A stretch of 64,000 bases of DNA from a virus (Duplodnaviria; Caudoviricetes): positions 4,060 through 68,059 of the IMG/VR virus record IMGVR_UViG_2974784921_000001; one strand, written 5' to 3'. Positions 24,101-31,588 of the stretch are shown here, piece after piece. The notes below the pieces were generated by a model. The model was not told the origin of the DNA, ran no database searches, and saw only the letters and a program-made list of their open reading frames with translations. Position 1 is the first letter of the stretch. Each line of letters begins with the position of its first letter. A program made the translations under genes and the position numbers.

Positions 24101-24200
24101 CTATGACACTGGATTGAATCCATTGAGTAGAGTAGGTACTAGTGTGTTTGAGTTTATTGATGCACCGGGTGAGATTGCTACAGTAAATGCAATCTTATAG
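15126..24200 (+). CDS. Virion-encapsidated RNA polymerase (N4 gp50-like)
   Basis: About 3025 aa with no Cys seen. Single-subunit RNAP motif A (EVDGVTNG), B (RGETKYPLMVLIYG) and C (GVHDA). Start placed at the ATG after AAGGA. Confidence 0.97.
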   Translation: MNNSLLPDELDFTSQMKQTNLDFTSKQKQFEAQQKTGDLFEQAVSETAKRNADAWVNDYELSTTAGTLQNLGAAAIEGGARTLGNVASLPMSLQATELALIPDTDKVAYQLVSEFEAGKREDGPEVQAAYKVLDRDVRGIESDNFDLNSVGGTAGMAMQLGDLSTMNARERIDNALASISEGTKISAAFSDPVEGITNPLNKERVNEDIASTYDKGVKEFHDGVDAYREGDFTTAAVEMVKGAGTLLSGLGDLTPEVVATYTAENATELATGAISRTALALTSAGYAGDVFVDGVEKFQEREGRLPNSAEAASMIALSAGAGAVDLIADKGLIDAVTPVGKAVAKEVPKEVAKATVKEGATEAAQTFVEENASSLDFEDIKGKEIYTAGIIGAGVGGAMASTGQTGKLITSGKDAYNAARDTTLSETKETKATVDKAVETGDFTEVKKNPTVYVSALVKDNQQENKPVNEQVSNIRKMQTVMQEQLQRATELNEQAEKVKESKGEDSTEFKNLAVAANKVTDSVTKISEQIDAEKQRVLAKSNETKPTSDLVKESAEGDAQATQEAMDTFTVEPGKYSDDELIELGSSPNLTVNQKTQIDNEIEYRQQLKSMGEVSNDVLNGSQGFIGINQYKGFVRSALANGNINAATQSLNNLEAFAARHQDKAQMAQAAVAGGRNSQPWQDYKAVYGKEMNSPKLANEIAKESQLLNLAVLQERKNIDSYSQESSTKNTPTTDEQTTNTTEQEAPTAQTTPVESQANEEVQTETETTSVQNNQQEAPEATQTVEEVQSPTETVERTDTAVQEESEAGNVLDKLTNDESASLYEQNLVKKYFTPKQEANALNQANNFYEDMYVGSDLYEKTFGEDNPEVQLASFMGLYEEVAQTVDELFKPINDDRFRKNDWTQFLAVDGQITDQTKVAMTAGIYNWIVSDANSTLFTDRDTVAQLLDTDVVSSKEMQEFMDIGVLNHEVNERIGKHIVQALQLSQSPDAPQYSQSKLAQSLGTFASAVMVKQGLLSMKKVKLPNRKEASTFYRAATLEGNTLDTKLEDIIQVNKGYNQLTKKMFDIERNRPMPTFEVPTEVVTQVKNTPQKVSKETQEALKAHQEKAHYLKQDNLTVFDFLGLDNQREMNGYIADTNNKMKVNRDGIEGKNQAIDRELEDLAAFRESMDSPEQAFYFKHEVWKNLRLGMVGAVNTQNSKIHRHLIGMDGWSQEVNKNDEQMVKHFKLAVAEALDLDVDKQTEKTSLDRLDKALAEPVMQDAIAAIRNVLDNNVQDEQATRQAIMDGVKATEMKTHGLDALVNYARFTQAGDTFTADLFREVDGVTNGVAIATIQFAVGTDFADHMERLNRMGMFFDYQSESFGDWKESGNKLDTYQSIAPLWRESIQNQMVNGSAEEKNALTTVIGLVGNADILSGTVDNLSVSKEERGETKYPLMVLIYGSSEDSVKRSVGEAFVDNAYSKLEKAINKGDYQTVTQVMESFNSLLGSAKYTGHRSGKKPIQDYLNFELGKSEYNKIVSLVGDTYGQTLVDSINSNFSQFTELRQLVNGSANMAYEAYDYMYNREVERLIQEKKDAGEWVEGISDLSNREVDELRNRLLAASPVMDNYFSMKSGQLDQATYTSKSAVERQYSPTNEKGKPVHKDNPYAVQMSFKEAYGNGFKNTVSYGSARVNSSPGVAPTVLQVQGMDATAMTLTYATENILGVHDAIGIGLTDVDKSSEVINKHFVDSNKEFSILSSAVRTYQRSMGELAKYLDGSDIPDSVAKAAYQLLSKFMDKSEIARNPKDRMNQLNRLMVELTKDTNEKKAMMFDHLTYSTQYNVEGGGTVLKDTIAENATKAVEQSSEPVEAVATNQPKSVDQMKRDTPLGSSQQSVDDFNFDTRLQVSKKNAEEVFDDLLNMGNVQENADHAAYLKGIVSEMSNKALKPFELHLAESDATETIGVTTLSDMYIVNQANPQAGQPLSKALSHGLRMSTAEVYTHEIVHNVTYYGLRKRPALRREAKRLWTQAESVITPKDLMNGNLQEGDTGYVEELAAATERYNHMFDTSNKTYLDEFVALGTTNENVIKALGGIDTEVTVERGGSIGTRINRLFNKILDLVYGVLTGTRGKTVDKQLSQLMYALAQADARKKNKVIRALDDAMTLAGEKVNDAVMYGRSKVGQLAESNAVTKSKSGLVKATGAAVRIVGADNIEYLDQVMEKYIKQRVDTTQGMASVLSSLYTEGKGRTEKNGVFHDLKRMSNHNIDQVRKRTMQVTKENINQQFNNLTDENKRVATLALRTELTSLVDRLGFNTVKDSLTDDKLRADLIKDTENALQEQFGPNGKFYSNHARNLGYFMVHEKSLLSTGVLKNAHNIANLFGTSKAAPKDAAKAIPMIDQLAELYALESLGVNDRNDLANLLTEETNGMKYVMGMHKGFMSKSTKELEAVHVTKGFVTDLNNPEISYRAGTLDEEAELEAQGYVRGPVLVKDSTDSEVTTMYAYVAKDGGMAAYNAGIVNLMSPKARGTSLYDVRSNANDNTPAFTAKKDLLNVSQQKETLFDRTFGNVEFKAGTYTSPVFNPDGKATDWNYLMTGNTKDAFLERDTRIDEVLPKMIADLDAKPKVKEENLKVVQAFYDQFKEDYQDNQSNYVSIGARSQDERYREMYNLMPKQMKEDIRKVWGSDNMLIPKDMVDLAFGYRKYSISDIINKDAESRNFFEKLMNTLVLRWFGKDTASRLRRVRNTEKVIQELVAMGKDIWVIKSFVVTLGNTVSNIMLLNARGVSMKDIFYGYSVSVTAAADYKRQVREVETLENELLYNQTLTTRKRKQLQRKLDIARADLAANPAKELIDNGALQTIVEDVDIDDASNMTKTIVGEYADKYTKAVPQGIKDAAKIVTLSQGTKGYSFLRDAAQMSDFGARYALFEKLKREGKSTKDAVGEVMDIFIDYDLPTHRLLQYGNDMGLLLFTKYLIRVIKIMYTTMRDYPARVLTQMVLQNWLNFNVTDIYDTGLNPLSRVGTSVFEFIDAPGEIATVNAIL

Positions 24201-24211
24201 ATAAGAAAGAG

Positions 24212-24235
24212 GAGGAGTGTTTCACTCCTCTTTTT
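24212..24235. terminator. Terminator at the late/middle convergence point
   Basis: GAGGAGTG-TTT-CACTCCTC-TTTTT. Confidence 0.8.
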
Positions 24236-24542
24236 CCATTATTACAGTGAACCAAATAAATTCACTATTAGAAGGATTTATAGGAGATTCAAGATAAGTA
24301 CCTGTACCTTCACAAAAGTATTTATAGAAATGATGGTTCTTGAATAACACTACCTTTGTAGGTTCTTTAGGTAATACTTGAAGCATAGAAGTCAAATAGT
24401 TTTCTACACTCTTACCTAACTCTTGCTCTAATACTTTTTCCATTCCGTCATGGTTAAACTGAACAATTGCAGTGACCTCTTTATAAGGTGACCTATGTAA
24501 TGATTTACCTGCTGACCTTCCTCCCATTATCATGCTACTCAT
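24222..24542 (-). CDS. Small paralog family member (ends FTVIMEKEE)
   Basis: GGAGG SD before ATG at 24542; TAIVQF, LPKEPTKVVL. Confidence 0.7.
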   Translation of the reverse strand: MSSMIMGGRSAGKSLHRSPYKEVTAIVQFNHDGMEKVLEQELGKSVENYLTSMLQVLPKEPTKVVLFKNHHFYKYFCEGTGTYLESPINPSNSEFIWFTVIMEKEE

Positions 24543-24855
24543 AGGTATCCTCCAATGGTTTAATGAATAATATATTAAATATTTTTTTTGATACTTCTTT
24601 GCGTGAGAATAGACAGTTCCATACACCTGTAGCACCATCTGAATCTGTGTATCTCATATTTAATTTACTTTTTTCGAAGTTTAAGAAATAGGTATCATCC
24701 TTTGTATCATGGAATAAAATAACCTTAAGAGGTTTGCTGGTATCTTCTTCGATAACTAAATCAGATAGAGCACCTTCAGCTATCATTTTCCTAAGTACAT
24801 CTTCATTAAACTGGATTATTGCAGTGTGATATCCATGACCGTATTTACCTACCAT
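24535..24855 (-). CDS. Small paralog family member (FNILFIKPLE)
   Basis: HTAIIQF, SKPLKVIL; overlaps the neighbouring gene. Confidence 0.7.
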   Translation of the reverse strand: MVGKYGHGYHTAIIQFNEDVLRKMIAEGALSDLVIEEDTSKPLKVILFHDTKDDTYFLNFEKSKLNMRYTDSDGATGVWNCLFSRKEVSKKIFNILFIKPLEDTYE

Positions 24856-25194
24856 TTACTCCTCCAATGGTTTAGTCATAATGACGTCAAAGTAAGTAAC
24901 TCCACCAAATGACTGAGCAATAGCTGGACCTTCAAAATAGTTATAGTTTCCATCTTCATCATGAGCATTTGCCCATCTTACTTCAATGTGAGGATTATCT
25001 GTAAAGTGCATGAAATTGTCTTTTAATACAACTCTTACTGGTTCATCAGGTAAGAGGGTAATATCAATTAATCTTGAATCTAACTCATTTTCGAATCCAT
25101 CTACCCATTCAGACTCATCTAAGTGAGTGTCTACTGTAAGGTCATAGAGCTTAAATGCTTCTGGTTTGAATTGGATAAGAGCTGTGTGTTTCAT
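24856..25194 (-). CDS. Small paralog family member (FDVIMTKPLEE)
   Basis: HTALIQF, LPDEPVRVVL, DNPHI. Confidence 0.7.
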   Translation of the reverse strand: MKHTALIQFKPEAFKLYDLTVDTHLDESEWVDGFENELDSRLIDITLLPDEPVRVVLKDNFMHFTDNPHIEVRWANAHDEDGNYNYFEGPAIAQSFGGVTYFDVIMTKPLEE

Positions 25195-25204
25195 TCTCCT
25201 TCCT

Positions 25205-25459
25205 CTATTGGTTATTCTTAACTATAAAAAACTGTGTACACCATGCAAAAACGAATGCTGGAAGCGAGTAAAAGAGACTCTCAATTCCTGTCATTTCGAG
25301 CTTATCTGAACCTATTGCGAAGCTAATTACTAAGGTGAGTATCCCAAAGTAACTAAAGAGCAATCCTTTTAAGCTAATAGTTGTTATTCCTTTCATCCCT
25401 TTACCTCTTTTAGTTGGTCGGCGGTTAGGGATGCAACTTCGTATCCGTATCCGTGCCAC
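25205..25459 (-). CDS. Small 2-TM membrane protein (start uncertain, probably MKGITT)
   Basis: Two hydrophobic segments. Confidence 0.55.
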   Translation of the reverse strand: MARIRIRSCIPNRRPTKRGKGMKGITTISLKGLLFSYFGILTLVISFAIGSDKLEMTGIESLFYSLPAFVFAWCTQFFIVKNNQ

Positions 25460-25608
25460 CAGAATGGCAATTCATCACCTTCCATAAACCCGCAAGGTGG
25501 CTCGTATTTCATTAACATCGATCCATCAAACCAAAAATCATCAGGCTTGCAGTTAAATTTATTAGCCATTTGACCAAACATCTTGCGCTTAAATTGCTTA
25601 TTCTTCAT
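25393..25608 (-). CDS. Hypothetical protein
   Basis: ORF in a tightly packed operon with an AAGGA SD. Confidence 0.6.
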   Translation of the reverse strand: MKNKQFKRKMFGQMANKFNCKPDDFWFDGSMLMKYEPPCGFMEGDELPFWWHGYGYEVASLTADQLKEVKG

Positions 25609-25797
25609 CTATGGTTCCTTATCAGAATCCAATCCTGCTTTGATTACAGCAAATATGAATACTGCTGCTGCTATGACAGCTAGACCACCTAGGAGAGTTG
25701 ATACTATGGCTACAGCTATGGGTGCAGCAAGACACAGGACAATAATCAGTAATGTAATACCTAAAGCTTTGAGTGTTTTCATGTTAACTCCAAACAA
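25609..25797 (-). CDS. Small membrane protein
   Basis: Very hydrophobic 2-TM ORF; GGAG SD before MKTLK. Confidence 0.6.
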   Translation of the reverse strand: MFGVNMKTLKALGITLLIIVLCLAAPIAVAIVSTLLGGLAVIAAAVFIFAVIKAGLDSDKEP

Positions 25798-25823
25798 AAT
25801 AAGGGAAGCAAATTGCTTCCCTT
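25791..25823 (-). terminator. Rho-independent terminator
   Basis: Minus strand AAGGGAAGCA-ATT-TGCTTCCCTT-ATTTTGTTT. Confidence 0.7.
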
Positions 25824-25843
25824 AATATTAGTAAACTCAGGTA

Positions 25844-26377
25844 TTAGCTAAATAGAGAGTCAGACTCTACTTCTGCCTTTGGTTCTTCTTCAACAGTTGC
25901 ACCAGTAGCAAATAGAGAATCAGTATCTTCAGTAGTATCTTCTACTACAGCTTCTGGTTGTGGTTCTTCAGCAACTGCTTCTGGCTCAGGAGTTTCTTTA
26001 ACTACTGGTTCTTCAGCTTCAGCTTGCACTTCAGGTTGCTCTACTTCTTCCTGTACTGGCTCAGATTCAACTTTAGGTTCTTCAGCGACTGTTTGCTTAG
26101 GTTCTTCAATAGGAAGCTCTTGTTGCACTTCCTGTGTCTCCTCAGCATCATCCATACCGAAACCTGAATCAGCTTCAAGGATAATGGAAGCATTACCTGT
26201 CTTACGTGATTGGGTTACATTGATGTTAACTAGGTTAAGACCTTGACCCATTCCAGTAGCTTCTAGACCAGCTTGAATTACTGCTTGAGTTTCTTTTGCG
26301 TTTAGCGTTAGTTCCATTTTTTTGTCCTTGTATATTAGTACTCGTTTGAGTGGGTATTTCTTTAAATTTTTAGCCAT
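25844..26377 (-). CDS. Protein with acidic low-complexity tail (start may be 26317)
   Basis: E/P/V-rich C-terminus ending DSLFS; lies at the end of the replication module. Confidence 0.65.
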   Translation of the reverse strand: MAKNLKKYPLKRVLIYKDKKMELTLNAKETQAVIQAGLEATGMGQGLNLVNINVTQSRKTGNASIILEADSGFGMDDAEETQEVQQELPIEEPKQTVAEEPKVESEPVQEEVEQPEVQAEAEEPVVKETPEPEAVAEEPQPEAVVEDTTEDTDSLFATGATVEEEPKAEVESDSLFS

Positions 26378-26693
26378 AAGTTACTCCACGGTCTTTCTCC
26401 AGCAAAGTAATAGCTTGGTCTACAATTGAACCAATATTCCAGTGGTATAACTTGTAACTGCCTACTGGTGTATCTGGATACATGTGTAATTCAATCAATT
26501 CATTTGCTTTAGTGATACCACGCAGTGTTTCATCATCTATAAGTTCACTTAACTCAATGTTCTGAACCATAGCAATATCTTCAAGATACTTCTGTATGGA
26601 TTCATAGTTAGAGTATTGAGGGTTGAACTCAATAGATACTCCACCTTTACACTGTGCTTGTAGTACTTTTAGCTGTCCTTGTAATTTAGCCAT
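26370..26693 (-). CDS. Hypothetical phage protein
   Basis: AAGGA SD; YPDTPVGSY motif. Confidence 0.65.
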   Translation of the reverse strand: MAKLQGQLKVLQAQCKGGVSIEFNPQYSNYESIQKYLEDIAMVQNIELSELIDDETLRGITKANELIELHMYPDTPVGSYKLYHWNIGSIVDQAITLLEKDRGVTYG

Positions 26694-26710
26694 AAGTTAA
26701 TCCTTATGGG

Positions 26711-27142
26711 TTATTCTGCTTCAGGGTGTTCGAACACATCTACAATGTTTGATTCTGGACGTACCCAAGGGAATGTTACAGGTACTGACGAGTTATTGCT
26801 GGTAAATGTTACACCATCTTGGTTTCTGAAGATGTTTCCATTTATCCAGTAAGCTTGCCCATTTTTACCATTCTTAAATACTTCACTACATCTGATGTTT
26901 TGGAACAATCCATTACCACGATCAGCCCATTCATCATCCTCACCAGTTAGAGGATTGATTGGTTCAAATCTAGCTAATTTATTGAAGTACTCTAGTACGT
27001 AGGGTGCAGAAGACCCTGAATGACCTTGCTCACTGAATACCTTAATAAGTTCTAAGATATTCTCTTTGATTGCATCCTGCATTGGTTCATTTTCAGGCCA
27101 AGCAATATTCATCTCATTAATCGCATGATTAACTAAACTCAT
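26711..27142 (-). CDS. Hypothetical phage protein
   Basis: FSEQGHSGSSA...PLTGEDDEW...QNIRCSEVFK, recalled as a widespread phage hypothetical family. Confidence 0.7.
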   Translation of the reverse strand: MSLVNHAINEMNIAWPENEPMQDAIKENILELIKVFSEQGHSGSSAPYVLEYFNKLARFEPINPLTGEDDEWADRGNGLFQNIRCSEVFKNGKNGQAYWINGNIFRNQDGVTFTSNNSSVPVTFPWVRPESNIVDVFEHPEAE

Positions 27143-27144
27143 AT

Positions 27145-27609
27145 CTATTCCTTATGGTTCATTAGCACACCATATTCAGCAATACAGACTGCATCTGCAA
27201 TACCATCTTGAGGTGTTCGTTTTGGTTTGGGAGTAAGGTTGACTGTTGGGTATTTCCGTCTGACATGTTGGATAGCTGCATCCTTATCTTTCTTGGTTCC
27301 CTTCAATACAACCTTCTTCCATTCTTGAGGAGTTACCAACTGGTAAGGAATACCTAAGCCTTCTAGAATGCCTTTGATGCGTCCATATGACTCACCAAAT
27401 TTGAATGTGCTGGCTACACCTTGTTTGGGCATTGAGTGAACCTTTTCTAGTATGACTAAATCAGGCTTCACTTTGCGTAACATATCGGCAATGGCTTTAC
27501 CGTCTATGTCTTTACCACACAATGGCATAAGGTCAGCAACAGGCTTAGGTACTCCTAATAGGGCAAATCCTCCTTTGACTCCGGGGTCAATTCCAAGGAT
27601 TTTTAGAAT
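27145..27609 (-). CDS. RuvC-like Holliday junction resolvase
   Basis: ILGIDPG (upstream of the tracked ATG, in frame), LEKVHSMPKQGVASTFKFG, VTPQEWKK and DGIADA. Start codon is non-canonical or uncertain. Confidence 0.85.
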   Translation of the reverse strand: MLKILGIDPGVKGGFALLGVPKPVADLMPLCGKDIDGKAIADMLRKVKPDLVILEKVHSMPKQGVASTFKFGESYGRIKGILEGLGIPYQLVTPQEWKKVVLKGTKKDKDAAIQHVRRKYPTVNLTPKPKRTPQDGIADAVCIAEYGVLMNHKE

Positions 27610-28325
27610 AGTGTGCCACCAGTAGAGCCAGCAGAAGGGTTAGCAGTTTGAGCACCGCTAGCAGCTTTACCTTCAGCTTTGCCTTTTGCAGCATTGAATA
27701 CTTCACCAGTGATGTACTTAGGCTTCCACTTCTCTTCAAAGAATGTAGCTGGTTCATCTTTAGCTTTTTCTGCAGATGTTTGTTTAGTATCTACATCGAA
27801 GAACTTATCAATTTCGTTTACTTCTTTAGTAGTACCATCTGGTTTGTAGTCGTTAGACTTAGGTGTGTTATCCACTAGCTTGTGAATGATACCTAGACCA
27901 AGCTTGCTACCGATGAATTCAGTAATAACTTCCTTCTCGCGCATCTGCTCTTTACCATCTTCCCATACTTTGATGGTTTTCTTTTCACGCTCAAGGTCAA
28001 GAACATCTTTACCAAATAGAAGGTTAGACATACCGTTAACCACAGAAAGACCACGCATAGTCTTACCATCTTTAGTGAAGTTACCACCTGCGTAAGAGAT
28101 GTACTCTGTGTGAGTCATCTTACGAGTAGTGACTGGTTTAGTAGTTGCATCTACAAGTACTTCAAGTTCAAAACGTACAAAGACAGAACCCTTAGCTGAT
28201 GCATCAAGATAAGCCATCTTGATACCACCTGCATAGAACTCAGAAGGTAGTCGAGTAAAACCAACTGTATCTTTCTCTTCTGCTTGTTGTGTAGTTTCTT
28301 TATTTAGACCTGATAGTAATGACAT
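27603..28325 (-). CDS. ssb: Single-stranded DNA-binding protein (N4 gp45-like)
   Basis: EEKDTVG, IKMAY, NEIDKFF motifs and a flexible tail ending in LF; synteny. Confidence 0.85.
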   Translation of the reverse strand: MSLLSGLNKETTQQAEEKDTVGFTRLPSEFYAGGIKMAYLDASAKGSVFVRFELEVLVDATTKPVTTRKMTHTEYISYAGGNFTKDGKTMRGLSVVNGMSNLLFGKDVLDLEREKKTIKVWEDGKEQMREKEVITEFIGSKLGLGIIHKLVDNTPKSNDYKPDGTTKEVNEIDKFFDVDTKQTSAEKAKDEPATFFEEKWKPKYITGEVFNAAKGKAEGKAASGAQTANPSAGSTGGTLF

Positions 28326-28346
28326 ATTTATTTCCTATTTAATTGT

Positions 28347-28370
28347 TCGAGATGGGGAACGTAGTTCCCC
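28347..28370 (-). promoter_or_regulatory. Template-strand triloop hairpin, candidate promoter
   Basis: + strand TC-N5-GGGGAAC-GTA-GTTCCCC upstream of ssb. Confidence 0.55.
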
Positions 28371-28382
28371 TGATTTAGTTGA

Positions 28383-29135
28383 TTAAGAGTAGTATTCGTT
28401 TAGACGGTTATGAAGGAATTGAACATTGTTATCAATGTAAAGTTCATTCTCTTCAAATAGTCCAAGAGGTGAGCGGATACGCTCATGAAGTGTCTTAGCT
28501 GTCTTATCCGTTTGGAAGACATACTTCAAGTTAAGACGACGTTCTTTAGGTGTAATGGTTAGTAGGTTATTCCAGTTACCATTCGCATCTGGTTCATAAC
28601 CCATGTCTTTGAGTTCTTTTTCAAGCTGAGTAACTTTGATAGCTTTTGTAGCCACAACACATGAGAAGAATGACTCAATAGATAACTTCTTTAGTGAGCC
28701 TTTAACTACAGCTTGAGATGAACGATTACCTTCATCATCAAAGATGTCATCTACGTGAGTAGTAAAGATAATAGTTTTATCAGACTTGGCTACTGGACCT
28801 TGCATCATGTTCTTGAAGAACTGAGCATAGTTAGACCATTCTTGCATTGTGTTAGATGATGTAAGTACTCGCTGTGATTCATACATCTCCATCAGGAATG
28901 ATAGTGAATCTACAATACAACCATCAAAGTTTTCATTGCCTGTAATACCTGCAATAGATTGAGGAACCTGCTCTGGGTCAGTAACTACAGCTTCTTTGAA
29001 TTTACTACGGAAAGGTAGTTTCTTACCGGCTTCACAATTCATGTATGCCCAACGGTCTTGGCTCTCAATTCCCATTAGAGATGTAGATTTACCTGTACCA
29101 GATAAACCGCCAATTAATACCAAATGGTTATTCAT
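28383..29135 (-). CDS. Sak4-like AAA ATPase (N4 gp44-like)
   Basis: Walker A GLSGTGKS, NCEAGKKLPF, IVDSLSFLM, RIRSPLGLF. Confidence 0.88.
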   Translation of the reverse strand: MNNHLVLIGGLSGTGKSTSLMGIESQDRWAYMNCEAGKKLPFRSKFKEAVVTDPEQVPQSIAGITGNENFDGCIVDSLSFLMEMYESQRVLTSSNTMQEWSNYAQFFKNMMQGPVAKSDKTIIFTTHVDDIFDDEGNRSSQAVVKGSLKKLSIESFFSCVVATKAIKVTQLEKELKDMGYEPDANGNWNNLLTITPKERRLNLKYVFQTDKTAKTLHERIRSPLGLFEENELYIDNNVQFLHNRLNEYYS

Positions 29136-29155
29136 TATTTTTCCTTAGAGTTTAT

Positions 29156-29179
29156 TCACAAGGGGGAGCAAAGCTCCCT
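29156..29179 (-). promoter_or_regulatory. Template-strand triloop hairpin variant
   Basis: TC-N5-GGGGAGC-AAA-GCTCCCT upstream of the gp44-like gene. Confidence 0.4.
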
Positions 29180-31352
29180 ATCCTTTTTTCTGGATGTGTC
29201 GAACCATAGATACATACACAGTCTTTTGCAGTTCTGTTTCATCTAATGGTTCAGGTAGACGACTGTTCAAGTCACAGACATGAGATTGTGCATCAATAAT
29301 ATCAAATCCACCATCTAGTAGCATTGCACCAAATTTGAATAGATTGTTATTACGATGCCCTTCTTCAATAATCTTCGCTAGGAACCAACGTTGAATACCA
29401 GTTGTGCCTTCAATAACTTTGAATGCTTCGGCACGTTCTTGGTTCTTCTTGGTTTTAGGAATGAATGGAAGAATGTCAAATAGTTTGCCTTCGTTAGTAA
29501 ATACCTGACCTTTGTTTGATTCCCACTTACGTGCAATCTCACCAGTCTGAGTATCTGCTTCAAAAGGTAAGTACTCATGTACGTTAGCCATGAATTCTTT
29601 AAACGTATCCTCATCCAGTTTTAGCTTATGACTCATTGGTAGGATGATACGGAAGTAATGCTTATCACCGTTAGGGTTCTTATCACACACAGTCATATGA
29701 GACTTACTTGTGTAAATATGATAGGTGTATTCTTCCAGCACTGTCTGTGCTTCTTGGATAGTAGATGTACCATCAATATCAATAGCAATTAGATTGAAAC
29801 CTTGGATTGCATTTGCACCTTTACGGTACTTATCAACAAAGTGATGAGCACACCATTGTCTACCCGGATGTTGGGTAATTACAGATAACTTATCAAATGG
29901 AACTTTATCTTCAGGAATGTAATTCTCTGTGTAGTCCATACTATGGCTCAACATCAGTGCATTGATGTTAGTCTCTTGTAGAGCTTCAGCTTGGATAAAC
30001 TCAATATCATCTGTACGTGAACGCTTCACAATCACATTGTTTTTGTGACCCCATGCAATAGCATTCTTCAACATTTCTTGTTGTTGTTGAGCTGTACGAG
30101 GATAGTAAGGTAGTTCTTCCATCAGCTCTGCATGAGTCATTGGGTTAGATACCTCAGTGAGATAGTTAGCCAATCGAGCATATACTGGTGGACGAGTAAG
30201 CATAGCATGGAAAGCAGCAGCAGATTCTTCAGCAAGCTTAATAGCAGCCTCTACGTGCGCTACAGTCATTGTTTGCATGCTATCTAACCAAGTGAATGCA
30301 GCAGCTAGTTTGATAGTCTTAAAGAACCGTCCACGAGCTTCTGCTCTACGTTCCATGTCAGTAGTCTTGAATGTAGCTTCCTCAACTTCACAGTGCATTT
30401 GATAACGAACAATGATTTCCAATACATTGTCTGGAATCTGAACTGTGACATTGTAGTTCACATCGTCTGCAAGACGTTCTAAGGCTACTGCAATCTTGCC
30501 TAGGGTAATATCAGCAGATTTGTCTTTCATCTGCTTCATACGCTCTGCTACGCTCATTTCACGACGTACTAGGTCAATGTTTGAGTAACCAAAGAAACAA
30601 CGACGAGCATAACCAGTAGTGAACAGATTACGGATAAGCTTTTCATTACCTGCACCATCAAATAGGAGAGTTGGCTCACCATACATCAACATGTTGGTTG
30701 GAGTTTCACCATCAATCTCTTCACTTCGTGCATTGTCTTTAGTGTTCTTGATTAGCTTTTGTTTTACTTTGCCATCATACAACTCTAAATACATGTCACT
30801 GATTTCTTGGTTTTTGGCTAGGTTTGAACCAATCTCATCACACTCATAGTTGATTGCACCAATACCGCCTAAGAGAATCTTTTCACGATATTGTTTGATT
30901 GCAGGACCAGTACCAGAGTCAAAGGTATAAACCAATGCACCCTTAGCTTTGTACTCTGCACAAACCTTATCAAACTCATCATCAGGGTCATTGCTTTTAC
31001 GTATTGCTCTTTTGTCAGCAACATCACGTAAGTTACGTTCAGCAATGTAAGGTACAGTGAACTCAAGATATTTCTTCTTGAAACGGTGAGTGATTTGGCT
31101 CTCAATGATTTTGGTAGAGTGACCTTTACCATAACCAGATGGAGCTAAGTTGATACCATAGAAGTTGACAGGTAAGTTACCGAAACCTTGAGCATCTACT
31201 CGAAGATTCATCAGTGAAGCTAACTTAACCAAGTGATAGCAAGTGTTAATTTTGAAGAAAGATTTATCTTTATTTTGTGTTCTGGCAGTCAGTGTATTTA
31301 CTATCTGTTCTACCATAGGAAAATCTTTCATTTTCCCGATATCAAATGACAT
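29178..31352 (-). CDS. DNA primase (N4 gp43-like)
   Basis: APSGYGKGHS, DEIGSNL, GYARRCFF, IDIDG, FRIILPMSH, GHRNNNL. Start set at the TAATG overlap. Confidence 0.88.
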   Translation of the reverse strand: MSFDIGKMKDFPMVEQIVNTLTARTQNKDKSFFKINTCYHLVKLASLMNLRVDAQGFGNLPVNFYGINLAPSGYGKGHSTKIIESQITHRFKKKYLEFTVPYIAERNLRDVADKRAIRKSNDPDDEFDKVCAEYKAKGALVYTFDSGTGPAIKQYREKILLGGIGAINYECDEIGSNLAKNQEISDMYLELYDGKVKQKLIKNTKDNARSEEIDGETPTNMLMYGEPTLLFDGAGNEKLIRNLFTTGYARRCFFGYSNIDLVRREMSVAERMKQMKDKSADITLGKIAVALERLADDVNYNVTVQIPDNVLEIIVRYQMHCEVEEATFKTTDMERRAEARGRFFKTIKLAAAFTWLDSMQTMTVAHVEAAIKLAEESAAAFHAMLTRPPVYARLANYLTEVSNPMTHAELMEELPYYPRTAQQQQEMLKNAIAWGHKNNVIVKRSRTDDIEFIQAEALQETNINALMLSHSMDYTENYIPEDKVPFDKLSVITQHPGRQWCAHHFVDKYRKGANAIQGFNLIAIDIDGTSTIQEAQTVLEEYTYHIYTSKSHMTVCDKNPNGDKHYFRIILPMSHKLKLDEDTFKEFMANVHEYLPFEADTQTGEIARKWESNKGQVFTNEGKLFDILPFIPKTKKNQERAEAFKVIEGTTGIQRWFLAKIIEEGHRNNNLFKFGAMLLDGGFDIIDAQSHVCDLNSRLPEPLDETELQKTVYVSMVRHIQKKG

Positions 31353-31588
31353 TAGAATTCCTTCTGTCTTAAGTCTATACAATCTTCTCTTTTAACTTTA
31401 CCTGACCAGACTTTGGTGTAGGTAGAAAGAGAAGCATTTAGTTCAAGTTCATGGTTAAGTTCTTTAACCAGTTTACGGATACTTCCTCTATGTGTTTCAT
31501 ACCTAGCCAAAATCCAATCATAATCTTGCTTGGAAAATGGGATATGTTTACGTCTAGAGAAGATTTTAAATATACCCCACATACACAC
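31352..31588 (-). CDS. Hypothetical protein
   Basis: Packed between the nuclease and primase genes. Confidence 0.6.
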   Translation of the reverse strand: MCMWGIFKIFSRRKHIPFSKQDYDWILARYETHRGSIRKLVKELNHELELNASLSTYTKVWSGKVKREDCIDLRQKEF

